From: Neocallimastix sp. 'constans' | Lineage: Eukaryota | DNA length: 64,000 nt | Assembly (NCBI GenBank): GCA_050613775.1 | Contig: JBODTK010000103.1 | Location: 124,001-188,000 of the forward strand | Direction: 5' to 3' | Shown: positions 25,377 to 40,285 of the stretch, one piece after another | Numbering within the stretch: the first letter of the stretch is position 1 | Layout of the letters: every line of letters begins with the position of its first letter | Made by a program: the position numbers and the translations under genes | The notes under the pieces: model-generated | Told to the model about the DNA's origin: nothing | The model's database searches: none | What the model saw: the letters and a program-made list of their open reading frames with translations, nothing else

Positions 25377-27265
25377 TTAATTATGATGTAAATTTAAATA
25401 ATTTATTAATTTTATCATACAAGAATGACTACAAACTCTGTAGTTGTAAGGTATGAGGTTTTCATAAGATTTAGAATTAAGTTCATCATACATTATTTGT
25501 AAAGGTGTTGGTGATGTCGATGATGATGATGATGATAAGGATAAGGATGTTTTATTTTCATTAATTTCTTCCAATTGTGAATCAATAGCAATAGTATATT
25601 GGTGAGGTAGTGTTGGTATTGAAGAGGATGAAATTTGTTGAGCCTGTTGAGATATATGTCCATTAGGCTGTTGATTATCATCAGTATTTATATTAACTTG
25701 ATCTTGTTCATGAATTTTCCAATGAAGAATACGTAAACTACCATAATCATCAACAATATTTTGAATATCTTGTTCCTCTATTTTATTTAAATGTTCTTCT
25801 GAATTTTGAAGATAAGGTGTGAGGTTAATTGTTTTATTGGCTAAACTACGTATCGATTGATGATACTGACTGCGGAAATAGTGAAGACTTTCGTTAGTGA
25901 CATAATTATTACCACAAACATCACAAATTAGAGCATGTTTAAATGCGTATTGAGTAAATTCTGGTAAAGTTTTTATTAAGGAGTATAGGGCATGGAGACA
26001 GTTGGTAGTTGATTTTGTTAAATTAGTTGTTGAAGATGAAGAAGATTCAGAATTAATAGAATTATTAGAATTTTTTATTGATGATAATCCTAAATTTATT
26101 CTTAAATTTTGTTCATTTTCATTTTGATATTCAAATGAAGTCTTTGTTAACTTAGAAATTGAATTATTATTGTAAATAGGTGGAATTTCATTCTCATTTA
26201 CACCACAATCTATTGATTTTTCTTTTAATAATATAATTTTATTTTTTCTCTTATCTTTAAATTGATTAGCATTTTTATCCTTACTACTACTATTACTACT
26301 ACTGCTACATTCAGTAATATTAGAATTATTACTTGTATTATCACTACTTTTTCTTTTAGATTTATTTTTTTCTTTTTCTTTTTCTCTTCCTTTTTCATTC
26401 TTTGTAGATGATCTTCCAATAAGATAACGAAATTTTGTTATACTATTTTGATGTTTTTCCTTTTTAGATTTGACGACTTTGGATGAACCTTGAATATTTT
26501 TTATATTATTATCACTAGTAAATGAATGTGAAGAACTACCAGGAGAAGATACAAAATGTTCATTAGATATTGTTGAATATGACTTTGAATTGCTATTTTC
26601 ATTTAATTTAGTTTTAGATTTTTTATTCTTTTTATCGGTTAAAGATGCTTGGTTAGTTGATGCCTTAACGGAATTATCTTGATGCAAGTGTGATGAAGAT
26701 AAATTTTCATTTTCGTCATCATAATCATCAATACTATATTCTTTGGAATTTAAATATTTTAATTTAGAGTTAAGATAACTTAAATCTGACTGCTTAAAGA
26801 ATTCATAATAACCTTTGCCTAATTTAATATTTAATTCATTGATGGATCCAAGGTATTTTAAATCATTTGGTGTGGAAATTTTATTATAATAAATGGATTC
26901 TTCACTTGAGCTAATACTTTGATTAATATTACTATTACTTATAGTATCACAGAGTTTTACAAAAGAATAGGTTGAATTAATATGTGCATTTCTGTATTCG
27001 CAAAGTTTATCATTACATTTTCTTGAATATTTTTTAAAAAGATGATTGATGCATATAGAAGCAAGTGATGGGAAAGATTTTGAAGAAATAACTTGAATAT
27101 ATTCATTATTAGAAAATGTTTTTAGTAAAAATTCTTTGGATGGAATAATAATGACCATTGCTCTTGGGTTCGTTGATAAGATAGATGAATTTACCTTTTT
27201 ATTTTTATTTTGTTCTTCTAATAAAATTTCGTCAAAAAATGATAATGGTGATTTTAAATCATTAA

Positions 27266-27337
<72 letters not shown>

Positions 27338-28072
27338 CATCATCATCATTTATAGATGTTAATTTTTTGGTTAAAATAATTGGTATGTTTGGTGAAAGAT
27401 TTGGTCTTAATTTAATATTGAAATCGGTTGAAGAGTGCTTAAATAATAAATTAAATTTATTATTTTTAAATTTCATATTTGATAATGTCAATTTAGTTAA
27501 AATTGCTGGTATATAGGTTAATTGATTATGAGATAAATCCAAAAAGTCAAGTTTAGATAATGGTAAATGATTTAGATATGGATATAAAATAATATCTAAT
27601 AATTTGTATATAAATATATATACAGTATATAATTAGATAAAAAATTTAATAATCATTAGCAACAATAATTATAAATATATCAATATTAAAATAATTATAT
27701 ATATATGTATATATTCTTTTTTTATTTTTTTTTTATTTTATTTTATTTTATAAAAATTTTTTATTTTAATTACTTTTATCTATTATTTCATCTTTAATTA
27801 ATTCAAATGAATTTGATAAATCAATTTGACTAAAGCTTGAATAAAGAGCAAAGTCACATGCAATATGTTTTAGTCGATTGTTTTTAATATTTAAATAATT
27901 TAATTTTGGTAATTTAAAAACACCTGGAGGTATAAAAGTTAAACGATTATCAGAAAGATCGAGTTTTTCAAGACTCTTCATATTACATATCCAATTTCCA
28001 ATATATTCCAAATGATTGCTAAAATTTTTTTTATTATTTTAATATTTGTTATTAACATTATTATAGTTAAAA

Positions 28073-28116
<44 letters not shown>

Positions 28117-28492
28117 ACCAATAGATAGGTAACATTACTAGTTTTCTTAATTTACTTAAATTAGGTATATATCTTAGCAAATTATGACCTAAACCTAATT
28201 CTTTTAAATTTTCTATATATAATATGATATAAATATAATTATAATTGAAAAATTATATATATATATAATGATGACTTTATAGACTTTATATATATATATT
28301 TACTCAATTCATTCATTTCCATTGGTAGTTCTTTAAGTTTGTTATCACTGAATAATATGAAAATGCAAAAAAAGAAAAATTAATATTTGTTTTATTTATT
28401 ATTAACTAACATTAAAATGATATAATAATTTTATTTTTTATTTTTCTACCTTAAATTTAACCATTGAAGATTTTTTAAAAATTTTATCTATA

Positions 28493-28547
<55 letters not shown>

Positions 28548-29113
28548 ATATATTTTATATTATTACACAGGTAAATAAATAAAAAATAAATAAATAAATA
28601 ATTAATTATGATTATATTGGATTATTTAGATTATTACTTCATTTGGTATTTTTTGTAATTTATTACTACTTAAATCTAATTTTATTAAACTTTCAAGACA
28701 TCCTATTTCGGGTGGTAACCATGTTAAATTGTTATTAAAAATACCAAATTTGGTTAATGATTTTAAATTCTTAATACTATAAGGTAATTTTGTAAGTCTA
28801 CAATCGCTTAAACCAAGTCCTACAAGTTCTGTTAAATTTCCTATACTTTCTGGAATGGCTTGAAGTCGATTATGTGTAAAATCTAACCAAGTTAATTTTT
28901 TTAAATTTTCAATTTCATTTGGTACTTGTACCAATAAATTGTCTGAACAAGCTAATTTTTTTAAATTTTTTAATTTAAATAACCTTAAAGGTAATTCTCT
29001 TAATGCTATTATATTAAAATATTAAAATATAGATTAATTATATATAAAAATCAATTAATATAAAAAAAAAAATGAAAAATATATATATGTTAATAAAATT
29101 ATTTTATATTAAT

Positions 29114-29144
<31 letters not shown>

Positions 29145-29500
29145 TTTTTATTATTATTATTATTATTATTTTTTTTTTTTCAATTTTTATTAAATTTATA
29201 TTGTCAATTATTTATAATACTTATGTTATTTATTAATTATTAAAGAACATACAGTTATGAGTTATATCAATGAAAACAAGATTTTTTAATTCAAAAATAT
29301 AATTTGGTAAAATTGTAAGATTTTGATAACTTAATGAAACAGAAGTAGTTTCTTTATATTTATTTTTATTAGAAATTTTTAAATTTTTATTTTTCTTTTT
29401 TGAATTTGAATTATTCTTTACTTCTGCATTTGATGACATCGCAGAGACTACTTCTGAATTATTATGACTATTATTATTGGAATTATTATCTAGTGGTGAA

Positions 29501-29534
<34 letters not shown>

Positions 29535-30435
29535 GGGATGATGGGGATGATGGGGATGATGATGGTTGAGTTCTCGAAGAAGAAGCATTTGTATAAACAT
29601 TTTGATAAATAATTGTAGTCTCTTCTTCCCCATTGCTATTTCTTGTTCTTATTGTAACAGGATTACTTATTACTCCATTGGATGATTCATTTGAATAATT
29701 ATTAGGTTTATATAAGTCAGATTCAGAACTTTGTGTGTCTTGAATTATTTGAATTTTATTTGTTTGTCGTACATTAATATTGTTATAATTATTTTCAATG
29801 ATATTACTAGTACTATTATTGTTGCTATCATTATTATTGTTAGTATTGGTGTCGTTAGTAGTATTATTTATATTATTTTCACTTTGTCTGCGCCAATGAC
29901 GTGTAATATTATCATTTATATCTGATGATAAAGAATGATTATCAATATTATTAGTATTATTACTTGATGTTTGAGTATGCCTATTATATTCTACTAAATT
30001 ATTGTAAGTGTTAGAATTTGATGCTGAGGATGAAGCATCGATGAATGCAATAGAATAATTTAAAGAATTTTTATTATTTTTTTTAATAGAAGGTGAATAT
30101 ATATTGTTATCATCTCTAATATGAGCTCTTGGAAAATCTATATTTCTTGAATCTGAAGTATTATTGATTTCATTATGAAGACTATTTCTTAAAATATTAT
30201 TAGAAAATTTTTCATAATTATTTAATAATTCAAATTTATTATACTGGTATTCATTTTCTTTTCCTTTTAATTTTGAATTGGATAACATATCATTTATTCT
30301 TGATGATACTTCATCATGATCCTTCGCTTTAATATGAATCATATAATTTTTCCCTTTAATATTATCATTAACATTATCTAAATAATCATTAGATATTTTT
30401 CTATTATACTTATTAGAACTTTGTTGTTGACCCAT
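25377..30435 (-). CDS. Leucine-rich-repeat protein, multi-exon (about 7 exons), with possible N-myristoylation start and C-terminal Cys motifs
   Basis: LxxLxLxxNxL repeats across ORFs 28626-28934, 27766-28011, the start of 25377-27542 and small exons at ~28118-28490; start MGQQQSS; C-terminal CDVCG and RVCSHSC; internal exon boundaries approximate. Confidence 0.8.
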
Positions 30436-30960
30436 TTATTATTAAATTAGATAATATATTTGAGGTTTTAATAATATAAAAGGAGCTTATTTTTATTCTT
30501 ATTTTTTTTATTTTTTTGTTTTTGCTATTTTTACCTGCTATTTTTTTTTTAGTATTATATAGTACAATATAAATAAAAATATAAATCTTATAACTAAAAT
30601 TGAAAATATAGAATATTTAATACATATATTATAATAGAAATAAATAGATAGATAGATCTTTAACAAAAATTATTCAAAAATAGATAATAACAAATCACTC
30701 TTTTTATTCTTTTTTTATTCTTTTTTTTTTTTTTTTTTATTCAAAGAAAAACAACTATTCAGTTATTTTTATATGTTTTAATCGATAATAAATAAATTAA
30801 GATTAAAAATTAAATAAAGCAGAAATAAAATTAAATTTAAACCGATAAAAATTATATTTATGAAAGTGATATTAATTTGATTGATGATATAAATAAAATA
30901 GTTAAATTTTAAATAATACATAAAAGTTAGTAGATAATATGTATATTTGTTTTATTATAT

Positions 30961-31003
<43 letters not shown>

Positions 31004-32177
31004 TTTTTTATGTATATTTTAACTATTATTTATTTATATATTATTATCATTTGTATTAATTATTTATTTAAAAACTAACAAAAAGAGAAAAAAATTAAAA
31101 GTGATTAATTTTTTTTTAAAGAATATTATTCATTAAAAGGCTAAAATTGTTATTGCACATTCATTAATCATTATCTTAATGAAAGACCAGTTATAATAAA
31201 ATGTATATCATATTAAAATTCAAATAAGATTATTAGTACTATAATTAAAATAATAATAATAATAATATAATAATAATATTATTATTATCATTATTATAAT
31301 TATTATTATTATTATTATTATAAAACTTTAAATAATAATTTTTTATAGAAAATAAAGAATATAATTTAGATATAATAAAACATAAATTTAATAATTAATA
31401 ATAAATATATTTTTTTTATTATATTTTAGTTTTTTTTTTTTTTTAAATTATTATTTGTTGTAAATAAAATAATATTGTAATTATATATAATCATATTATA
31501 ATCTATTTTTTTAAATTGTTTTTATTAGCTCATAAGGAAAAATAAAAAGATAATTATTTTCATTATTATTTTATTTTTAATCATTTATCTTTTTTTTTTT
31601 TTTTTTTTTTTATTCTGTTATTTTAATTAATTGAATTAATTAATTATTTTATATGGAAAATTATTGGATATTTAACTGTAAAAAAAACTTTTTAACCATA
31701 ATGAATAATATATATATATTAATGAATTATTATTATATATATTTTTTTAATTATTCTTAATTTTATATATGATACATTTTCTTTCGTTTATGAAAAAAAA
31801 AAAATAATAATAATAATTAATAAAGTTTTTGTTATTATTGATCAATCTATTTAATATATATAATTTTAAAATTTTAGAATTCACACTCTTTTTAATTAAG
31901 CTTGTGATATAAAAATTTACACAACATTAATATACACAAACATTTATTATATAATTAAAAAAATTAAATATTATATTATCAGTATTCAGAATTCTTAAAA
32001 ATAATTAGAAAAAACAATAATATATATAATATTTAACTTCTAACATTTTTAAATATAAATTTTTAAGTTTTATTGAGCATATTATTAATAATAAATAATA
32101 TAAGAAGTATGGTTATTAATTATAACATAATTAGAATAATGTTTTATTGAAAATTTTAATATTTAAAAATTTAAACT

Positions 32178-32222
<45 letters not shown>

Positions 32223-32995
32223 AAAATTATTACTGTGCTGTAATTTTTTTTGTATTTTTAAAGTTTATTAATTTTAAATAATGCTACGCCAAAGTTTATA
32301 ATTTAATATTATTTTTGATTTCAATTGTTGTAGCAATAAGTGATAAAAATTATAAATATTTTTTAATTATTACTTTATATTAAATTTAAATATGATTTTA
32401 TCTTTTCAGTTTTTATTTCATTTTATTTATTTTCTTATATAATTTATTCTATTATTATTATTCCTATTAATTTCAATTACTTTAACTTTTTTTTTTTTTT
32501 TATTAAATATTATTAAAGAAGAAAAATTATTAAAATAAATATATTAATATATATATATATATTCTAATTTTCTAATTTAACTATTTTTAATTATTTTTTT
32601 TTATAATTTAGTAATATATTATTATAATGTGATTTATTAAAAATAATCTTTTATTTTATATTATCTTATATCATTTTATTTTTTTATCTTTTTTTATTTC
32701 TTATTTTTTTACTATTATTTTTACTTATTTATCTAGTATAACAGATCTAATTTAAGAAAATATTTATGTAGAAATAATGAAAATATGAATAATGATATTA
32801 TAATTATATTCATTTATAAATGATATCAATTTTTATTTTTCGAATGTATTAAAAAAAAAAAAGAAAATAAAGAATTAATTCAAAAAAAATAAAAAAACAA
32901 TAATAAAAATATATATATTAATTATTAAAAATGATAGAATAATTTAAAAAATATTATTATTATAATAATAATAAAGAAGAAGAAGTAGAATCTTA

Positions 32996-34345
32996 TTATA
33001 AGAATACCACAAAGATAAAGAAAAATATTAGGACTACAAGTAAAATTTTAATAATTAACCAACGATTAGAAGAAATTGATTTATAATATTTCATTAAGTA
33101 ATCCTGTGCACCTGTAACATTCATTTCTACATCCATAATATTTTCATCAATTCTTTGAACAGTTTCTCTTTGTCCAGCAAGTATATGTGTAAAATTTTGA
33201 TATATTTGACCTAATTCAGCAATTGTAGATTCAATAGAATCAATTGCAGATGATCTTTGATCAAGATAACTTTGTGAATATGGTTCATACAGTTGTTGTT
33301 GCTGTTGAGTATATGGATAGTTACCACTTTTACTTTTGCCATTATCATCATCATCATCAATAGAAATGGCTAATAAATTATCTGTATTTTTCGTACTACC
33401 AGGAACATTTCTACGTTCAGGACCTCCACCACTTCCACTTCCATAATTCACTGAATTAGAATAAGCAATTCCTTGATTAGGTTTTCTATCATAATATGAC
33501 TGTTGTGATATTGGAAATGGATTTAATAGATTATTGTTATTATTGTTGACATTAATATTTGCATTAGTATTAATATTAGTATTTAATGCCATATTTTGAA
33601 TTACTTGCGGTGGTGGTGTGAATGAATTCATTGGTATAGAATTTGCAGATGGATTAATATCTGGCTGGAATGGTGAATTCAAATATGGAGAATTAGATCT
33701 AACAGATGATATAGGAGAGCTTAATGAATTTACATCTTGTAAAGCAGGGGAAGAAGTATGAGATCTCGTTAAAGGAGTATTAATCTTTGATATAAATTTA
33801 GAACCAAAAAGATGGGGAGATGAATTCTGAGAAGAAGCATTTGACTTATTTAAATTAAATCCATTTGATGAATATTGTTCTTTTCGGAGTTGTTGTTCTC
33901 TCATAATTTTTGTTCTTAATTCAAGAATGTCTTTAAATTCATTAGAAGTATTTAATAATTTAGTTTGAAGGGATGAAATAATATTGTTTGCATTTTCTAA
34001 AGAATATCTATTAAAAATATATGGAATTCTTTTGTCTTTAAAAGCATTTTGAAAAGCTGTAACTTCAGTATTCATTTTAGAAATATCTATTTTAATAATT
34101 TGTATCATTTGTGTAATTTCAGGTAATTTATCATCTAATAATGTATTTTGTTGAACTAATTCTGTTAGTTTCTTTAGTTTAACTTTTATATCTTCATTTT
34201 CTTTTTCAATACCCATTGCAATTTTATAAAATTGAGTTTCATTTTTTTCTCTTTTTAATAATCCAAAAGCTTCATTAAAAGGATTTCGAGATAACATAGA
34301 TTCCACTGTAGCATGAAATTCTTGAGTTCTATCATTTACTCTCAT
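32996..34345 (-). CDS. SED5: Golgi Qa-SNARE syntaxin-5/Sed5, 449 aa
   Basis: N-terminal DRTQEF (Sly1-binding RDRTxEF type), SNARE motif AIDSIESTIAELGQIYQNFTHILAGQRETVQRIDEN, SSNRWLIIKIL and C-terminal TM anchor. Confidence 0.92.
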   Translation of the reverse strand: MRVNDRTQEFHATVESMLSRNPFNEAFGLLKREKNETQFYKIAMGIEKENEDIKVKLKKLTELVQQNTLLDDKLPEITQMIQIIKIDISKMNTEVTAFQNAFKDKRIPYIFNRYSLENANNIISSLQTKLLNTSNEFKDILELRTKIMREQQLRKEQYSSNGFNLNKSNASSQNSSPHLFGSKFISKINTPLTRSHTSSPALQDVNSLSSPISSVRSNSPYLNSPFQPDINPSANSIPMNSFTPPPQVIQNMALNTNINTNANINVNNNNNNLLNPFPISQQSYYDRKPNQGIAYSNSVNYGSGSGGGPERRNVPGSTKNTDNLLAISIDDDDDNGKSKSGNYPYTQQQQQLYEPYSQSYLDQRSSAIDSIESTIAELGQIYQNFTHILAGQRETVQRIDENIMDVEMNVTGAQDYLMKYYKSISSNRWLIIKILLVVLIFFFIFVVFL

Positions 34346-36367
34346 TTTTGATATATATCAATGTTATTAAAACTATTATTATTTTGAATATATTTAAAAA
34401 TATATATATTTTTTATTTTATTATTTTTTGGAGGCTTTTGGCTATTACTTTAATGTTATTTTTTTATATATATTTAATTTAAAAAAAAATTATATGATTT
34501 TGAAATGTTTTTTATTCTTAATTTTAAAACAAAATATTGGATTTTGAATATTGGAATTATCATTTGTATATTATGAATTATTATTTTTGATTGATATTTA
34601 TGCTCTTTTTTTTTTTTTTTATTTTTTATTTTTTTTGCTATTTGCTTTTATTGTTTGTTTAATTTGGTTAATATATTATTTTTTTATTATTTTTTTATAT
34701 ATTATTTTATATATATATATATTTATATATATATTTATATATATATATTTTTTGTTTAAATATTTTTTGTTTAAATATATATATATATATATATATATAT
34801 TTTTGTTTGTTTGTATTTGCTTTAATTTTTGTTTTGTTTTGTTTATGGTTTAACACACAGATTTAATGGCCTATTAATATTTACAATAACTATTTCAATT
34901 ATTAATTAACAAAGCTTTATATATAAATATATATTCTTTTCTTTTTTTTTTTTTTTTTATTTTTTTTATTTTTTTTATTTCTTTTCTTTCTTTTTTTTGT
35001 TTTGTTTTGTTTTTGTTTTGTTTTTGTTTTTGTTTTTTTTTTTATTTATTTATACCAATGTAAAGTAAAAATGAATAATATATTAATTATGAGAAAACTA
35101 TTATTAATTTATTAATGCTATCATAAAATTATTATTGATAATAGTTTTAAATTTTTGATTTTTTCGCTTATAAAATAATATGATTAAAATATAATAAAAG
35201 TTAATATTTTATTGTCTATAATTAAAATATATAAACTATTAATTCTAATTTATTTTTGAAAATGCGTTATTGAATGATAATTTAACTTTTATATTTTATC
35301 TTTTTTATTTATTAAATATTTTCTATTTATTATATAAAAAGAATAATTTACCAATACCACTTTAATTAACAATTATTGTTTTTAAAACTTTTATTTTATC
35401 TTTAACTTCGATATTGCTAAAAAGCAAAGAATATCAAAATGTTCTTTATAAAATATTATTAAAATAAAGAAATTAAAAGTAAAAAAAAAAAAAAAAGTTT
35501 ACTTTTTTTTTTTTTTATTTTTTATTTATTTATTTATTTTTTACTATAAAAATTACTTTTTAATATAAGATTTTTATTAAAAATTTTGATTAATTTTGAA
35601 TAAAAATAAAAATAATATATCATCCATAAAATAAAAAAAAAAAAAATAATAAATTAATTTACTTAAATCTAAATTTATAAAAAAAAAAAAATAAATAAAT
35701 AAATTTTAACTTTTTTTTTTTGTTTTATATATATATTTACTATTAATCATTATTATCATTAATTATTTTTATTTTCATTCAGGTTTTTAATCTAATTTGA
35801 TGATTAATTGATAAACAATAATATACATATTTAATAGTATAATTTAATATTTTCTATGACATTATTATATTTAATTTATTAATAAAATATAAACATAAAT
35901 GTGTATATTCTAAATAAAAAATATGATGTAGTTATATTCAAAAAATAAAATATAATAAAATATAATTATTATAGTTAATTGTTTTTTTATTAACAACTTT
36001 ATTCTATTTTTTATTTATTTATTTATAATATTTATTGAAATTAATTTCATACAACAATTGCTAAAAATTGAAATTAGAATAAATATTTGACACTCATATT
36101 TAACAATATATTAAATAAATTATAAATATAAAATATAAGCTTTCATATTAATATTAAAATTAATATAATTATTTATATTTTACTTTTACTTTTTATATAT
36201 ATAGTTTTATTATTATTATTATTATTTAATTTTATTAAAAATTATATGCTACTTTGTACAATATTAGTAATAAATGAAGTGTTATTATTTAATATTATTT
36301 AGATGAAAAAAAATATAAAGAAATATAGAATTAAAATGGATCATACTATAATAATAAATAAGTCAAA

Positions 36368-36672
36368 TTATAATTCATTTCCAATAGTAACCCAATAATC
36401 ACGTAAATTATTCTTTCTACCAAAGATTTCTAAGTATTTACCATTAGGTATTAACTCTTCAATCATTTCATATAATTCTTCAGGTTTTTGTGACTGACCT
36501 CTTCTTTCTGAATAAATTACATCAGAACTAATTCTATGTTTACAACCAACTGGATCTTCACCCTAATAAAGTTTAATGAATGATTATTAATTTATGGATT
36601 AATAAGGAAAAATTAACAAAAACATAAACAAAAACATAATTTATTTGAATTACATAAATATAAATAATAAAT

Positions 36673-36730
<58 letters not shown>

Positions 36731-38009
36731 TTTTTATATTATTTACCTTTTTACCAACTAAACAAGTTTCTTTGGCATGTTGAAGATAATAACCATGACC
36801 CTTTGCCATTCTTCTATTAACAGTTTGTTTTACCCAAGTAATATCATCAACAAAACTATTTATAATATATTTCAATATATATTATATAAATAAAATATAT
36901 TTAGCATATATTATATATATATTATTTGATATATTAAAATTTTGAACTGAAATTTAAATTCAAATATTTACGTATATCCCCATTTTTTCATTAATTCAAA
37001 TGCTTTTACATATTTATTATTAATAACCCATATGAATATAAATCCATTTTTTTGTAATTTTTCAATTGGCAATTCTTCAATGAATTGATCGGGAAGTTGT
37101 TGATATGCAATAGCAACCTATTAAAATGTAAAATTAAAATTCAATAATTGTTGATTATAAAATTATTTTTAAACACATATATATATTTTTTAATCTAAAA
37201 AATTTATTTAAATATTCTAATATATAATGAACTTACACCTCTTGTTGGTGCATGAGTAGCTAATTGCCATGGTGGATCCATTAAGATTGCATCAAATTGA
37301 CATTCACTAGCTAATTTCTAAAATTATTTTATTAATTTGATTTTTTAATTAATTCCTTTGTACTATTTATTCTGATATCATTTACTTTTATCATAAATAT
37401 TTTAATTCACTGGTATATCTAATTAAATATTATTATACTTACATCCCATTCAAAATCAATAACATTTGCTTTAATTGGTATACACCATTCTGGTGCAGTA
37501 AATTCTTCATAATCAAATTCATTATCTAATTCAATAATGTATTAAAATTATTTTTTGCATTTAATAATAATATTATTAATATATTATTATTATTAATATT
37601 CAATTAAATAAAATTAAAATTTTCAAATATTTAAAATATAAAATATTATTGAAACTATAAATATATGGTTTAGTAAAATTTTGTACATAATGTATATGAT
37701 ACCTTTATCATCATCATCTTTTTGATTTAATGCTGAAAATCCTTTTAATTCTAAATTCTTAATACCATCAATTTCTTTCTCAATTTTTAATTTTAATTCA
37801 GTTTCTTTTTCAATTAATTTCTTTAATACTTCATCTTTTTCTTCTTCTGGTGTGAAATCAAGTTTTAAAAAATCATCATATGCATTTATACCTTCTTCTA
37901 CTTTAATTATAGCTGAAGATTCTGTTGTTGAAAGTTCATCAACTTCCATGGAATTTTGAGCATTAGAATCTTCAACATTTAAATTATTATCTGTTATTTT
38001 TTCATCCAT
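36368..38009 (-). CDS. MTA1: MT-A70 family N6-adenine methyltransferase, MTA1/AMT1 (DNA 6mA) type, 306 aa; exons 38009-37703, 37525-37443, 37317-37237, 37117-36972, 36855-36747, 36562-36368
   Basis: Spliced translation: FDAILMDPPWQLATHAPTRGVAIAYQQL...GFIFIWVINNKY...WGYTFVDDITWVKQTVNRRMAKGHGYYLQHAKETCLVGKKG...SERRGQSQKPEELYEMIEELIPNGKYLEIFGRKNNLRDYWVTIGNEL; exon lengths sum to 921 nt with GT-AG introns. Confidence 0.9.
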
Positions 38010-39214
38010 TTTAACTTTTTGACTTTTTATTTTATTTTATTTTTTTTTTTAAAAAAAAAAAAAATAAAAAATAAAAAAAAAAAATAAAATAAAATAAAAA
38101 TCTTAACGAAAATAAAAAAAAAGAAAAAACTTTTATAAAAATTATATCTTCAAATAATATATATCTCTTATTATAATTATATTTTTCAATTTATAGTTCA
38201 ATAATTAAAAAAAAATTTTTTATAAAAAAAATTAATTATAATAATAATAATAATAAAAAAAAATTTAAAATTTTAGATTTAATTAGTCAAATAATACTAT
38301 TGGCCAACTTTATGAATAATGATAACATTAGCGTTATAGAGATTCAATTAATGAAATCTGATTAATGTCACATATGAATAATGAAGAGAAAATTAAAATC
38401 TCATCTATAATAAAGAAAAAGACACCATAATATATATTTATAAATACATAAATATATATAATCTTTTTTTAATGTCTAATTAAATTAATATGTACTTTAG
38501 TAATATTCAATAAAAGAAAAGAAAAAAATTTTTTTTTTAATCATTAAGAATTAATATATAGTGATAATTACGGCTAGTTTGACAAATATTTAGGAAATTA
38601 ACTACAATTAGTTTAATAAATCATTTATCCAACAATACTTCATATATTATTTTTAACTTATATTATACATATTATTTAATTATTTAAATAAGTTCCTATT
38701 CATTATTATAAATCTCAATATATTCTAATTTGCCTTTATTAATTATTTTTTATTATAATTTTATTTTTAAAATACAGTAATAGTTTATTAATTATAGATT
38801 TTTATTTTCATTGTCACTTTTATTTAATTTTATTTTATTTTTTTTTTTATTTATTTATTATTATTATTTATTTATTTATTTAATTTAATTTTATTTTGAT
38901 TAATATAATTTATTATTATTAACTAATATATTATTTATTAATGAACAATTATTTCATATATTAATAGAATAAATTTTTATTTTTATTTTTATTTTTATTT
39001 TTATTTTTATTTTTATTTTAATTTATTTTATTTCATTATATATATTATATATTATTTTATTGCTTTTTATTATTAATTTTATTGTATTTATTATTTATTT
39101 ATTTTTTATTTGTAATTTAAGGAAGTTAAATGAAAAATAAAAAATATTATTTAAATATATAAATATTACAATAAAAAAATTTTTTCCGCTTCGTTTTAAT
39201 GTTCAAAAAAAAAT

Positions 39215-39826
39215 TTACCAATCATCAACCTTTTCATTCATTGTTTCAGCAGCTTGAATAAATCTTCTTATTAAAATTTGCCAAAAACCACGATAAAGGG
39301 ATTTAGTACCATACCAAAGTTGAGTTATAGCATTACCTTTACCATCTTCATTATCATAATCATTACCTTCTTCAAGTATAACACGTTTGATAACATTAAG
39401 AATACCTGTATATGGAACTGGTGAAACTTCAACAGCTGTTTCAAATTTAATTGGTTCATTTAAACCAGAGTTAATTAACATAAGTTGTTGTTGACGTGAA
39501 GATGGCTTCTTAATTTGACATTGAATACGTTTTCTAGCCATTTCAAATGGAGTTATAATTGCTACTTCAGCTGCTAATAATAATGTATTAACAACTGGGA
39601 AAAGTACTGGGTTATAAAATGGGGTTAAAAGTAAATAATCATTTAAGATATGACTGGATATAATTCTTAAAGTTGGAACTAAAGTATAATAAATAAAAGC
39701 AGGAATAACATATCTTGGAGCATATAAACCTCTCATACCACCTTCTTCATTAACGATAGTTTGCATACAATGGAATGGTCCACGATACTTTTTAACTGGT
39801 GTTGCTGTAGATTGAATAATAAGTCT

Positions 39827-39858
<32 letters not shown>

Positions 39859-40253
39859 ATTTTATATTGAAATATTTTAATTTATTATGCATTTGTTTAT
39901 TACTACACACATACATTTATATATTAATAATTAAATAATAATACAGCAAAAAACATTTAATTTTATATTTACCTAGTTTTAATAAGTTCAAGAGGACTTA
40001 AAGCAACACCAACAATCATATGACTAAGAATGTTAGTTCTTGGATCAATATCTTCGTATATATCGAAAATATCGTTCAATAGTTCTTCTAAGAATGGTTG
40101 AGATAAGGTTGAAGAAACATTGTATAACCAAGAAGTAAAACTGCCTATATTATGTTACATTAATAAAAAATGATTTATATTTATAATTTTTGAGTTAACA
40201 TAAAAATTTTAATTAACTTATAAAAATATTTCTTTTTATTATAATAATAAAAT

Positions 40254-40285
<32 letters not shown>

